This document shows positions 8,201 through 16,014 of a stretch of 64,000 bases of DNA, one piece after another. Position numbers and translations under genes: made by a program. Source of the stretch: Bacteroidales bacterium (GTDB lineage Bacteria; Bacteroidota; Bacteroidia; Bacteroidales; UBA7960); the NCBI GenBank assembly GCA_035477775.1, contig DATIKH010000133.1:49673-113672 (forward strand), written 5' to 3'. How positions within the stretch are numbered: the first letter of the stretch is position 1; every line of letters begins with the position of its first letter. Below the pieces are notes generated by a model. That model saw only the letters and a program-made list of their open reading frames with translations. It ran no database searches and was not told the DNA's origin.

Positions 8201-8651
8201 GAGGTGTTTTCTCAATGGTAACTCCGTTATTGTTCCAACCTCCGTAAAGCATCAAGGTTCTATTAACCTCAGGAGCCCCGGCATCGCTATGAATTGATAA
8301 ATAAAAGTCGACACCCAGGCTGTTTGCCCTATCAACGCGAGCTGTAAGGGTAACATTTTCCTGATCGTTGTTTCGGGCCAGATAAACCGCTTGAATGTCG
8401 GTATATTTTAAAAGATAATCGCGCAGTGCAAAGCCTACCCTTAATACTTTTTCGGATTCAGAGTAACCAAACACACCCATGTTCTCAAATTGCGAGTGCC
8501 CTTGGTCAATGAAAATTGTCCAGTTGTTAAGGCCCGTTATCCGTTGGACTTGAGCGGATCTGGCAGGCGCAATGGTGGCATAAACCAGCAGTGCTACAAT
8601 CAGGATTCCAATCCGGTTAGGCCTTTTAATAAATGCCACCATAGTTTGCAT
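5250..8651 (-). CDS. T9SS-sorted N-acetylmuramoyl-L-alanine amidase (Amidase_3 family) with Ig-like, shared beta-sandwich, choice-of-anchor-J-like and T9SS CTD modules
   Basis: N-terminal signal peptide. Residues 45-243 (7923..8519) carry the Amidase_3 landmarks: IFIDQGHSQ (Zn His), SESEKV (Zn Glu), FYLSIHSDA (Zn His) and ASLLSEAGFHTNP (catalytic Glu block). Two SbsA-type Ig-like domains lie at about 6936..7589. The module shared with the downstream gene is at 6381..6908. A choice-of-anchor-J-like domain lies at 5793..6353 (NKWLISRQI ... IRIAIQYVSDDGYMLMLDQVEV). Confidence 0.85.
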   Translation of the reverse strand: MQTMVAFIKRPNRIGILIVALLVYATIAPARSAQVQRITGLNNWTIFIDQGHSQFENMGVFGYSESEKVLRVGFALRDYLLKYTDIQAVYLARNNDQENVTLTARVDRANSLGVDFYLSIHSDAGAPEVNRTLMLYGGWNNNGVTIEKTPQGGAAFGALKNVHLPGAMRIPTTGNFADRVFLQGNIPTHTNQFPFLFVNRVSQMASLLSEAGFHTNPTQNQRNMNAEWKKLEALAALWSILEFHNLQKPAIGVATGFIRDIETNRPLNGITVTIGNQTYVTDSFESLFHRFTNDPSLLSNGFFFIENLEPLSTVNVVFSSDYFQPLDTSLVIASNPNGNIAQNLSFLDVFLTSTKAPVVERVLPAGQLTGLVPGTPVSIRFSRKMNQQSVLDAIRITPNAALSYSWTDEFTLVINTAQLNYVTNYELRIDGSIARGLLTGQLLDGDNNGLEGGDFVISFTTAEQDNTPAMLVDSWPTEKEPARVLRPIIRLVYNEPVLEAGIGAQTITLAPANGGAPVPGVIRHSIVNGRSVLQFFPTQDLNPSLVYKVHVAAGLSDAFNNLTEAFTFNFYLIEQAITQKTTIDAFDAGIVSWWNPQQAGQTAGIVTELTGRFHNISTVNHTTGSTGSMRLDYAWMEGFAGTPYIRQHIPPGADQNAIRFTNSDVLQVFVFGDGSGNELRLMIRDGLNHLEGSAWIPINWVGWKLVSWDLSRDPVFGWVNGNGILEGSNFFIDGFHLRHAPGANLRGSIFFDDLRHVKRSPPNFPTTLLEGFETYENFTTDLLPWRTADVHAQPTNYPVGFIFPGAGTPFAFKVMNPALTTPEPIVENHPPVDGAKYLIAMAGQTGTVNNKWLISRQIRATENSVLRFFAKSKTSPRGLEQFRVLVSVDNNQAFSFNPASFILKSPGNHVEAPPEWTPFSYFLGRYAGQVIRIAIQYVSDDGYMLMLDQVEVLRQTPVLASITPVENVSVAFGTPESTVLSELQPSTTILDSFGNSHLVALTWSIAGYNPALEGNYTATGTFVLPALVAQTTPEIPLVVNATVTVRPNVTNIAEPDPSGFRVFPNPARSYITIVSDEIIKRVEVYAMDGRMVLSREPFGNQIRINIQELDLGTYIVRILGNGGWKQSRIQIIK
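5253..5480 (-). other. Type-A T9SS C-terminal sorting domain
   Basis: FRVFPNPARSYITIVSDEIIKRVEVYAMDGRMVLSREPFGNQIRINIQELDLGTYIVRILGNGGWKQSRIQIIK. Confidence 0.85.
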
Positions 8652-8664
8652 TTTTGTTTGTTAT

Positions 8665-9624
8665 CTATTGGATGTTAATTACATAAATACTTCCGGATTT
8701 ATGATTTTCAAAAGCAATTTTTTTTCCGTCGGGCGAAACCGATGGGCTCATTGCAATTATATCGGTATTTGCAGTAAGCAGGAATTCCTGGCCTGTTTGA
8801 GGGTCAACGGCAAAAAGATCGCTTTGGGTAATCTGATAACCATCGTCCTTAGTAATCATTACAATAAGGTATTTACCATCGGGGGTCCATCGTGGGCGCT
8901 CTCCCCTACCAATTTGTTTCAACCCGGTGCCATCGGTGTTCATAACAAAAAGGCCCTGAGCAGACACCTGAAAGGCCAGCCTGCTGCCATCAGGCGATTT
9001 TACAACATTAAAAATGGCATTGTCTCCGAAATCGGCCATAACCCGGATATCAATATTGTCGGTGCTGCCTTCGAGAACCTTCCCTTCGATCGAAAAAGCA
9101 ACCGGAGTTTCGGGCCTTTCGATAGGAACAGCCAGAGGTGCCTTGCCACTTTCTATCCATTGAATTCGCCCATCAATTACTACCCCCAGATGCAGGTCTT
9201 GATGCGTCCAGAGGGGAAGACCTTGAATGCCCCGCTGGGGTTTCGTCATGGCGTGGCTTTCGCCGGTTTCGGCATGTATTATTTCAATCCATTGATGACG
9301 CAGGTCATTAATATAGCCGGAGGCGCGTGCAAGCAGGGTTTTGCCATCTGACGACCAGGAGAAACCAAAGCCCACCCCATCGCGATCAGAAATCTGCCTT
9401 AAACCACTACCATCGGCCATTGCCACCCACAAGCCCTTGTGTTTTTCGGAAGAAAAGGCAATGTACTTCCCATCGGGCGACCATACGGGATGGAGCCAAA
9501 TCCTTTCACTTGCAGGAATCAACTCCCAAGGTTCACCAACAACAACCGGCTGAGCTCTGGAAATCGAACTCAAAACCAAAATAAGCATGGCTGCCGGCAA
9601 AATTATCAAAACACTTTTTCTCAT
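8665..9624 (-). CDS. Exported TolB-like beta-propeller protein (PD40/WD40-like repeats)
   Basis: Signal peptide MRKSVLIILPAAMLILVLSSISRAQP. The PD40 signature recurs: WSPDGKYIAFSS, WSSDGKTLLARA, SPDGSRLAFQV, WTPDGKYLIVM, VSPDGKKIAFEN. Its stop is 13 nt from the amidase start. Confidence 0.7.
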   Translation of the reverse strand: MRKSVLIILPAAMLILVLSSISRAQPVVVGEPWELIPASERIWLHPVWSPDGKYIAFSSEKHKGLWVAMADGSGLRQISDRDGVGFGFSWSSDGKTLLARASGYINDLRHQWIEIIHAETGESHAMTKPQRGIQGLPLWTHQDLHLGVVIDGRIQWIESGKAPLAVPIERPETPVAFSIEGKVLEGSTDNIDIRVMADFGDNAIFNVVKSPDGSRLAFQVSAQGLFVMNTDGTGLKQIGRGERPRWTPDGKYLIVMITKDDGYQITQSDLFAVDPQTGQEFLLTANTDIIAMSPSVSPDGKKIAFENHKSGSIYVINIQ

Positions 9625-9662
9625 AGTTGGTTGGTTTTTTATGATTTATTTTTTCAAAGTAA

Positions 9663-12038
9663 TTAGTTCACTTTCATGACTTTAAAAGTCATCACCTTTC
9701 CACTTTGGGTAATTACGGTTCCGATGTAGAACCCTACCGGCAAACCTTCAAGCGACAATTCATCCAGTCGGGTATCCTCACCGCGTTCAACCTGCCACAT
9801 TTTTTGTCCGGAAGTATTAAACAGCGAAATTGTACGTCTGCCTAAATTTTGGGGGTAAGTCAGGAAAAACCTGGTGGTTGCCGGATTTGGATAGACTCTC
9901 AATGAAATGGGGTCAATATCCTCAACCGATAATGCCGCAGTAGTGGTAAACTGCACAACCGGCGACCATTGCCCCCGGCCGCAGGCATTGATGCCAGCCA
10001 CCCTGAGATAATGCGTGGTGTTGGGTGCCTGCAGGGTAATATTAGACATATTTTGGGTAAGATTCGGGCGGTCAATAATCAGTGAACCTTGACCAAATAA
10101 GGGATCTTGCGAAACCTGCAGATGGAAATTGGTGGCTTCGGGTAAATGCTGCCATTGAGCCACCGATGTAAAGTTTACGTTTTGCTGGCCGCTTAAAGGG
10201 TTATTAATAGCCGGGGTTGAAGGAAAACCGGTATTAAAGCGATCGATCAATGAATAGGAAACGGTCCTGTTATTGATGGCTTTTACCCGGTAAAAATACG
10301 TTTTCTGACCCTCAAACCATTGGCTGTTGATGTTAAAAAAGCGCTGGTCGATTGTGTCTGTCTCAAACTTAAGCAACGATGATGCACTCGGGCCATCAAA
10401 TACCATTAAACTATATCGACTGATTCCGGGTATTTCGTTCCAGATAATTTGATTGCCTTCGCACAAGGTTGCTCCGTTGTGTAGTGAAAACGTCGGTGGG
10501 TTTATATGAATAAATTCAATAAAACCTGAATTTTCGCCAATGGTCTTGTTTCGAGCATATTCGGCTACTGCCAGATATCGGAAATTACGTTGCATATTCA
10601 GGCTGAATCTATTGCCAAAAGCCACCTGCAAGAATTGAGGATTTACCAAGTTATTCATTGCATCCGGAGGCTCATTGGATCCGAACAAAAGAAAGCGATC
10701 GGCATTTGAATCCATATTAAGTACGACCAACTCGTTGTCGTCGGCTATTGAACCAACATCAATGATTCTGGGCTTCCTGAGAGTCGGAGCTGGCAACCAA
10801 CTGGCGACCGGTAAAATAGTCTTTTGGGAAAATAAATCACTCCTAAGATGGCCAGCTAAATTCTTGCTGAGGTTTAGCAAGCCGCTGGTATGAAAAAAAA
10901 TATAACCGGGAGCATTATTGGCAGGGTTATTCCTGTGGGCAATAATTTGGTTTCCGATTTCAGTTACAGGCCAGTTTAACGCGTCATAAAGGCGATACGA
11001 TCCAAGACTTGGATAATGGTGGCGTCCGAAGCGACGAGCCTGCTCGCCCCACCATGCATCAAGTGCGATGAAGTCCTGCCCGCCCCCAATAGGCCAATAC
11101 AGTTGCGGAGAGAGATAATCAATATAGCCATGCTTTAACCATGCCAGAGGGTCGGCGTTAATGGTTGACCAATTGTTCGCGCCGGTTATTCCCGGAGGCA
11201 GGGTGGTGCCATAAAACTGAGCTACCAAATGGTTGGTAGTGTAGATGCCTGCCGGACTAACTCCAAACAACAGCGAAGGGTTGATAGATTTTATAGTGTC
11301 ATTGACTTCCCTGATCATATTGTTTACCGAGGCCCTGCGGAAATCGCCGCGCGTAAGGGTTGTAAACAATGGTCCATGATAATAACGCCTTATAAAAGCT
11401 TCGTTGCCAAAAGCATCGAAGGTATGTTGGTCGAGGTTTAATGGCATGTTGACGGGATAAAAATAATCATCGAAAATTATTCCATCAACGTCGTAATTAT
11501 GCACAATATCGGCAACAATGTTTTTAATTATTTGGGTTGTTTCAGGATGGCCGGGGTCGAGAATGGTACTGTTGTTGAAGTTGATAACCAGGTGTGGGTG
11601 GGTCCGGGCATAATCGCCGGGGAGGCCTGCGAAACTTCCGGTAACACTTTCGAACCTGTATGGGTTGAGCCATGCATGAAGCTCCATTCCTCTTTGGTGT
11701 GCCTGTTCAATGGCAAATTGCAAAGGGTCATACCCTGGATACTGCCCCCTTGAGGCAGACGAAGTACCCAGAAGATGTGACCACGGCTCGTGGGCCGAAT
11801 GGTAAAAAGCATCGGCAAAGGGCCTTACCTGAAAAAACACCACATTGACATTGGCGGCCTCCAACCTGTCGAACATTTGTATAAGGCTGTTCTTTTGGGT
11901 CTGGACCGACCCTACAGGAGGCCAGTCAATGCGCCATGCCGTTGTAAACCAAGTTCCACGTAATTCACGCGCCGGTTGGGTGGCAATGGAAAAAAAGGAA
12001 AAAGGAAAAAGGAAAACAAACAGTAAGAAAATTTTCAT
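9663..12038 (-). CDS. T9SS-sorted glycoside hydrolase-like family 10 (GHL10 / DUF187, YngK-like) protein
   Basis: Signal peptide, then ELRGTWFTTAWRIDWPP ... NVNVVFFQVRPFADAFYHSAHEPWSHLLG ... GYDPLQFAIEQAHQRGMELHAWLNPYRF. These match the GHL10 family motifs as I remember them. Fn3/Ig-like region follows, then a T9SS CTD. Confidence 0.8.
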   Translation of the reverse strand: MKIFLLFVFLFPFSFFSIATQPARELRGTWFTTAWRIDWPPVGSVQTQKNSLIQMFDRLEAANVNVVFFQVRPFADAFYHSAHEPWSHLLGTSSASRGQYPGYDPLQFAIEQAHQRGMELHAWLNPYRFESVTGSFAGLPGDYARTHPHLVINFNNSTILDPGHPETTQIIKNIVADIVHNYDVDGIIFDDYFYPVNMPLNLDQHTFDAFGNEAFIRRYYHGPLFTTLTRGDFRRASVNNMIREVNDTIKSINPSLLFGVSPAGIYTTNHLVAQFYGTTLPPGITGANNWSTINADPLAWLKHGYIDYLSPQLYWPIGGGQDFIALDAWWGEQARRFGRHHYPSLGSYRLYDALNWPVTEIGNQIIAHRNNPANNAPGYIFFHTSGLLNLSKNLAGHLRSDLFSQKTILPVASWLPAPTLRKPRIIDVGSIADDNELVVLNMDSNADRFLLFGSNEPPDAMNNLVNPQFLQVAFGNRFSLNMQRNFRYLAVAEYARNKTIGENSGFIEFIHINPPTFSLHNGATLCEGNQIIWNEIPGISRYSLMVFDGPSASSLLKFETDTIDQRFFNINSQWFEGQKTYFYRVKAINNRTVSYSLIDRFNTGFPSTPAINNPLSGQQNVNFTSVAQWQHLPEATNFHLQVSQDPLFGQGSLIIDRPNLTQNMSNITLQAPNTTHYLRVAGINACGRGQWSPVVQFTTTAALSVEDIDPISLRVYPNPATTRFFLTYPQNLGRRTISLFNTSGQKMWQVERGEDTRLDELSLEGLPVGFYIGTVITQSGKVMTFKVMKVN
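9666..9905 (-). other. Type-A T9SS C-terminal sorting domain
   Basis: SLRVYPNPATTRFFLTYPQNLGRRTISLFNTSGQKMWQVERGEDTRLDELSLEGLPVGFYIGTVITQSGKVMTFKVMKVN. Confidence 0.85.
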
Positions 12039-12059
12039 AAAGCTGCCTAAATAATTATG

Positions 12060-12094
12060 CAGGTAACGGCTATTTGATGAAGCCGTTACCTGCT
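12060..12094 (-). terminator. Perfect 13-bp hairpin between the PKD lipoprotein gene and the GHL10 gene (terminator or processing/stabilising hairpin)
   Basis: gcaggtaacggct (12060..12072) pairs perfectly with agccgttacctgc (12082..12094) around a 9-nt loop. It lies 13 nt after the stop at 12107. The downstream minus-strand tail AUAAUUAUUUAGG is only moderately U-rich. Confidence 0.55.
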
Positions 12095-12106
12095 TTTAAA
12101 CAATGG

Positions 12107-13705
12107 TTATCTTTTAACATGGTCAATTCCAATACCAAAAGGTATTACGCCAGTAACAAAAAACTCAGGTGGGGCCGAACCATCTATTCTGAAACGTTTC
12201 ACCCCAGATCTGGAGCCGTCACCAACAATCTCCCCAAGCAGGTTGATGTCGTCCTGATGCCTGAATGGATAGTAAATATAGCCGCCCTCTGCATCTACCA
12301 CTATGGATGTAATAAAAGTGCGCTCGGCCTCGCCGCCTTGAAGCGAAAATCCTTCTAGGGCATCAATGAGCTGAATGTTCGACCCATCGAGATTGCTTAC
12401 ATATAGTCCAGGATTCAGACCACCGCTGGCATTGTTTATGGCAAAGAAAATTTTCCCGTTTTGGGTATCCACTTCAAAAGTTCTGATTTTGAATGGGAAA
12501 AGGTTGTCGATCCGGGCAATAAACGCCCCTGCCATGGTAAATCTAAATAGACCTTGCCCGGTGCCATGCTTACTGTACCATATTTCGTTATTTACTATCC
12601 TGACGGTTCCATCAGTCCACCCAAATGTACTTGACACATTCAGATTTGCGGCCATTTCTGCAGGTACGTTCCAAACGAATGGGCGGGGATATTCGGCCAA
12701 AACTTCGGAATGATGAATACGGCGTACGCCCTGGAATCGGTCAAGCCAGTAAACAAATCCGTTCTGATCGACAGTCGATACAAACGGATCGTCAATATAA
12801 GTGTGTTCAAGCAGGCTGGGAGCGGTAATTGTATAGCGGTTTGTCCCGGTCAGGGTAGTGGTGAAAATTGAGCCATCGGGTGGCGTTCCGGCTGGAGCAA
12901 ACCTGATGTGATTGCCTGCATCCGAAATAATTAGTCTTTCTCCAAAAACACTAACCGACAGCGGATGCATGCCTACCGAAATTGGCAAGGGTACCAATGG
13001 CGCTACGGCTCCGGTGTAAAGCATTTTTTTGTAAAGGCGCTGAGTTATTGCGTTTGTAATGTAAAGTGTTTTGGCAATTTCGGCTTTTACAGTGACTTGA
13101 ATACTCGTAGAAAGGGTTTCAAGCCCATCGAAAATTGTAACAGTAACCGTGTAAACCCCAGGAAGATTGAACCTGGTTGTGGGCCTGGGTTCGGTCGAAG
13201 TACGGCCGTTACCAAAATCCCACCGAAACGTTACCTGATCGGCTAAATCCGGGTATTGAAAAAACTCCGCCCAAAAAGTTACCTCATCGTTAAACACGAT
13301 TCCTTCAGGATAGAACCTAATTACCGGTTGAGGTTTTATAACCCTAAACTCCCTGGTATGTACAGTTTCTTTTCCTCCGGCAGTAATGGTAAGCGTTGCG
13401 GTATATATTCCCGGCCACGGGTAATACACGCCCTCCGGTTGAATTGCGGTAGTGGTGGAGTCACTTGTTGCCACTCCATTCACAATAATTTGCCCACCTG
13501 GGAAACTCCAATGGTAGGATTCGGCATTCTTGGTCCGGTTAATAAACCTGACTGTTGAAGGAGCGAACAAACGGTCGACATTTTCGATTGTAAAACTGGT
13601 GATCACCTCGCCCCACATCCGTTCATCTTCCTTTTCGCAGCTTATCAAAAGCGCAGCCAACAACAAATATACAGGCCAGATTTTTATGATTTGCTTAGGG
13701 TTCAT
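12107..13705 (-). CDS. Lipoprotein with PKD-like domains and a C-terminal beta-propeller-like region (SusE/F-position candidate surface glycan-binding protein)
   Basis: Lipobox LLAALLISC. PKD-type segments: FAPSTVRFINRTKNAESYHWSFPGG, and VTFRWDFGNGRTSTEPRPTTRFNLPGVYTVTVTIFDG. It sits two genes downstream of susD. Confidence 0.6.
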   Translation of the reverse strand: MNPKQIIKIWPVYLLLAALLISCEKEDERMWGEVITSFTIENVDRLFAPSTVRFINRTKNAESYHWSFPGGQIIVNGVATSDSTTTAIQPEGVYYPWPGIYTATLTITAGGKETVHTREFRVIKPQPVIRFYPEGIVFNDEVTFWAEFFQYPDLADQVTFRWDFGNGRTSTEPRPTTRFNLPGVYTVTVTIFDGLETLSTSIQVTVKAEIAKTLYITNAITQRLYKKMLYTGAVAPLVPLPISVGMHPLSVSVFGERLIISDAGNHIRFAPAGTPPDGSIFTTTLTGTNRYTITAPSLLEHTYIDDPFVSTVDQNGFVYWLDRFQGVRRIHHSEVLAEYPRPFVWNVPAEMAANLNVSSTFGWTDGTVRIVNNEIWYSKHGTGQGLFRFTMAGAFIARIDNLFPFKIRTFEVDTQNGKIFFAINNASGGLNPGLYVSNLDGSNIQLIDALEGFSLQGGEAERTFITSIVVDAEGGYIYYPFRHQDDINLLGEIVGDGSRSGVKRFRIDGSAPPEFFVTGVIPFGIGIDHVKR

Positions 13706-13718
13706 GGCTTATAGTTAT

Positions 13719-14513
13719 TTACTTTATGATTCTGAAATTTCGCGAAGAAGTGGTGCTGGCATTGGTTTTACCGATTACAGCAACTGATTCAATGGTTCCG
13801 CGTGAGTTGTCCTCTACAGTGGCTTCATCTATATGCTGGGCCAACCTTGCTCGGGTAAGGTTGGTGCGTACAAATTCAAACCCGAAAGGTGTGAGGTTTC
13901 CAGTAAATGCGCCTGTTTGTGGATTAAACTCAAAGCATAGAACAGGTGCACCAGGAAACAAGCTTAACACATGGGCCCTGTTCATTTGCAGGCTGAGTTT
14001 TTGTACAATGGCATTAAAAGCTGGGTTGCTCATTTGTTCGATAAGCAACGCACCTGTTGAGGTCAGCATTCCGAATCCACTACCGACGTAGAAAGGGCAA
14101 ATGATCACATATGCGTTTTCAATTGTTTGGTAAAAATCGTTGAGCGATTCACCTGCTCTCGGAAAGGATTCGATCAGGGTTCGCTCAATAAATATTGTAT
14201 CGGTCAGGTGATTAGCCGATAGCCTGACGGTTTGTCCGCTCACGGTAAATGCCATCCTTACCGAAAAATTCTGAATCCTGAATCCCTCGTAAAAGAACGA
14301 AATGGTGCTTATATCGTCGTGCTCCGACCAGCTTACGGTGCGAAGCATAAGGGTGTCGGTTACTTTTGCATCTTGCATTTGGGCAAGCAGGTTAAAAGGC
14401 TTTATTAAGCCTGTGGGGGTGCCCAATTCGGCCAGGTTGTCGTTCTTATCGCAGGAAGCAAAAAAAACACCAATAGCCGCTAATAAAAGAAAAGATTTGA
14501 ATAACATCTTCAT
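13719..14513 (-). CDS. Hypothetical lipoprotein (SusE/F position)
   Basis: The track ORF 13719..14666 overlaps the susD 3' end. An internal ATG at 14513 gives MKMLFKSFLLLAAIGVFFASCDKNDN (lipoprotein signal) and lies 14 nt downstream of the susD stop. I recognise no family motif. Confidence 0.6.
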   Translation of the reverse strand: MKMLFKSFLLLAAIGVFFASCDKNDNLAELGTPTGLIKPFNLLAQMQDAKVTDTLMLRTVSWSEHDDISTISFFYEGFRIQNFSVRMAFTVSGQTVRLSANHLTDTIFIERTLIESFPRAGESLNDFYQTIENAYVIICPFYVGSGFGMLTSTGALLIEQMSNPAFNAIVQKLSLQMNRAHVLSLFPGAPVLCFEFNPQTGAFTGNLTPFGFEFVRTNLTRARLAQHIDEATVEDNSRGTIESVAVIGKTNASTTSSRNFRIIK

Positions 14514-14527
14514 CTTAAAAGGTTTTT

Positions 14528-16009
14528 TTAATTCGACAATGTTGAATTGGCCGACCACCAGAACGGGGTTACAATCCATCTTACATCTCTGGCGCCAAGT
14601 CGGGCAATTTCTCTTGGGTTGAAAATGTATTCTGTTTGAGGGTCGTAGGGCAGACGTTGAATCCATTGCCCGTTGTATTCAGGCAGAGCCCTTTCGGGGT
14701 ATTGAAGACCCGGAAAAACTGAAGGAGAAAACCCGTGACGTCGCATATCCGACCATACCTCTGGTTGCAGATAAAGTGCAATGTATTTTTGCATCATAAT
14801 ATCAGATATTCTCAGTGCTTGGGCACTCTGAGCTACGGCGGGAGAGTTTTTGTATGCCTCAAAATATTGCCCCACACCGAGTCGGTTAAAGTTTCGCCGA
14901 ATTCCGTTCAGGTAAGCCTGAAATGCCCTTTCTCTATTGGGCAAATAAAAAGCTGCCTCAGCCTCTATGAAATACAACTCTTCGTCAGTAATAAAAATAA
15001 TTGGAGAATTGTCACTTGTCCAGTATCCATTATAAAGTATGGCAAAGTCGTCAATACTTAAAGCCCCTATGCCGGTACTTGCCGGAACAGAAGCATAATT
15101 TCCGTTTCGGCCAGGGGTTGTGAGCCTATACAGCCTCGGGTCGCGTTGTCCCGAGAGGTTCATCGCATTCATAAAAAAGGTTGTATGAACTGAGTTGTTA
15201 AGCATATTGCGGATATCGGCAAAGTCCCATTGCGGGCTTGTCCTTGAAGGTCCCCAGGGGTTGATTTCCCATGCATTTGCCGGGTTGTCAGGAAAAGCAT
15301 AAAGAGGTTCTGCCCAATTTGGTCTGGCCAAATCAACCGCATCAAGCACGGCCTGATAGCCCGTTTTAAAATTGGCAGTTCTTAGCAACATTCGGGCACG
15401 TATGGCATGTGCAAAAGCTTTCCATCTGTTTATATTGCCGGCAAAAATATGGTCTTCGGCCTGCGTCATGGCCCTGTCGGTAGGCCTTGACATTTCAAGG
15501 GCCTGAATGCCCTCAAGGAGTAATCTGTCCACTTCGGCATAAACCACATCCTGAGGATCGTAAGTTGGGTTGTGAATGCCTGTAAAGGCCTGAAGAACCG
15601 GCATGTCGCCGAAAAGGTCGGTTGCTGTCAGTGTTGAAAAAGCAAGGATAATTTTGCCCACTCCAATATAATTTTGAGAGCCTTCACTTTCAGCAAAAGA
15701 AATCATTCTGTGCGCGTTTCCGCCAGTATCAAAATAATGGCGCCTCCAAGGGTTAACCCTTAACACCCCGCGGTAATCCCAACGGTCCTTTACTGCATTG
15801 GTACCAAATGTGGTTGTAACAAATTGGGTAATATAGGCAGTGGTTTCTCCGTGGGAATAAAGTGAATAAGCCATATTGCCCAGAACGGCCGGCAGCATAA
15901 AGTTTGGGGTAGTTCTTTCGTCGTTGTCAAGGGAGGTGTTTACATCCAGAAAATCATCACAGCCCCAAAAGAAGATGACAGTTATTATAATAAAAAAGTA
16001 TCTCTTCAT
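14528..16009 (-). CDS. susD: SusD/RagB-family nutrient-binding outer-membrane lipoprotein
   Basis: Lipoprotein signal MKRYFFIIITVIFFWGC. The size (493 aa) and TPR-like helical sequence fit the family. It lies 5 nt downstream of the SusC-like gene, the canonical susC-susD pairing. Confidence 0.85.
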   Translation of the reverse strand: MKRYFFIIITVIFFWGCDDFLDVNTSLDNDERTTPNFMLPAVLGNMAYSLYSHGETTAYITQFVTTTFGTNAVKDRWDYRGVLRVNPWRRHYFDTGGNAHRMISFAESEGSQNYIGVGKIILAFSTLTATDLFGDMPVLQAFTGIHNPTYDPQDVVYAEVDRLLLEGIQALEMSRPTDRAMTQAEDHIFAGNINRWKAFAHAIRARMLLRTANFKTGYQAVLDAVDLARPNWAEPLYAFPDNPANAWEINPWGPSRTSPQWDFADIRNMLNNSVHTTFFMNAMNLSGQRDPRLYRLTTPGRNGNYASVPASTGIGALSIDDFAILYNGYWTSDNSPIIFITDEELYFIEAEAAFYLPNRERAFQAYLNGIRRNFNRLGVGQYFEAYKNSPAVAQSAQALRISDIMMQKYIALYLQPEVWSDMRRHGFSPSVFPGLQYPERALPEYNGQWIQRLPYDPQTEYIFNPREIARLGARDVRWIVTPFWWSANSTLSN

Positions 16010-16014
16010 GGTAT

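Noticed and set aside
14514-14666. 51-codon N-terminal extension of the lipoprotein ORF overlapping the susD 3' end
   Set aside because: The internal Met at 14513 starts a textbook lipoprotein signal just after the susD stop. The extension has no signal-like character.
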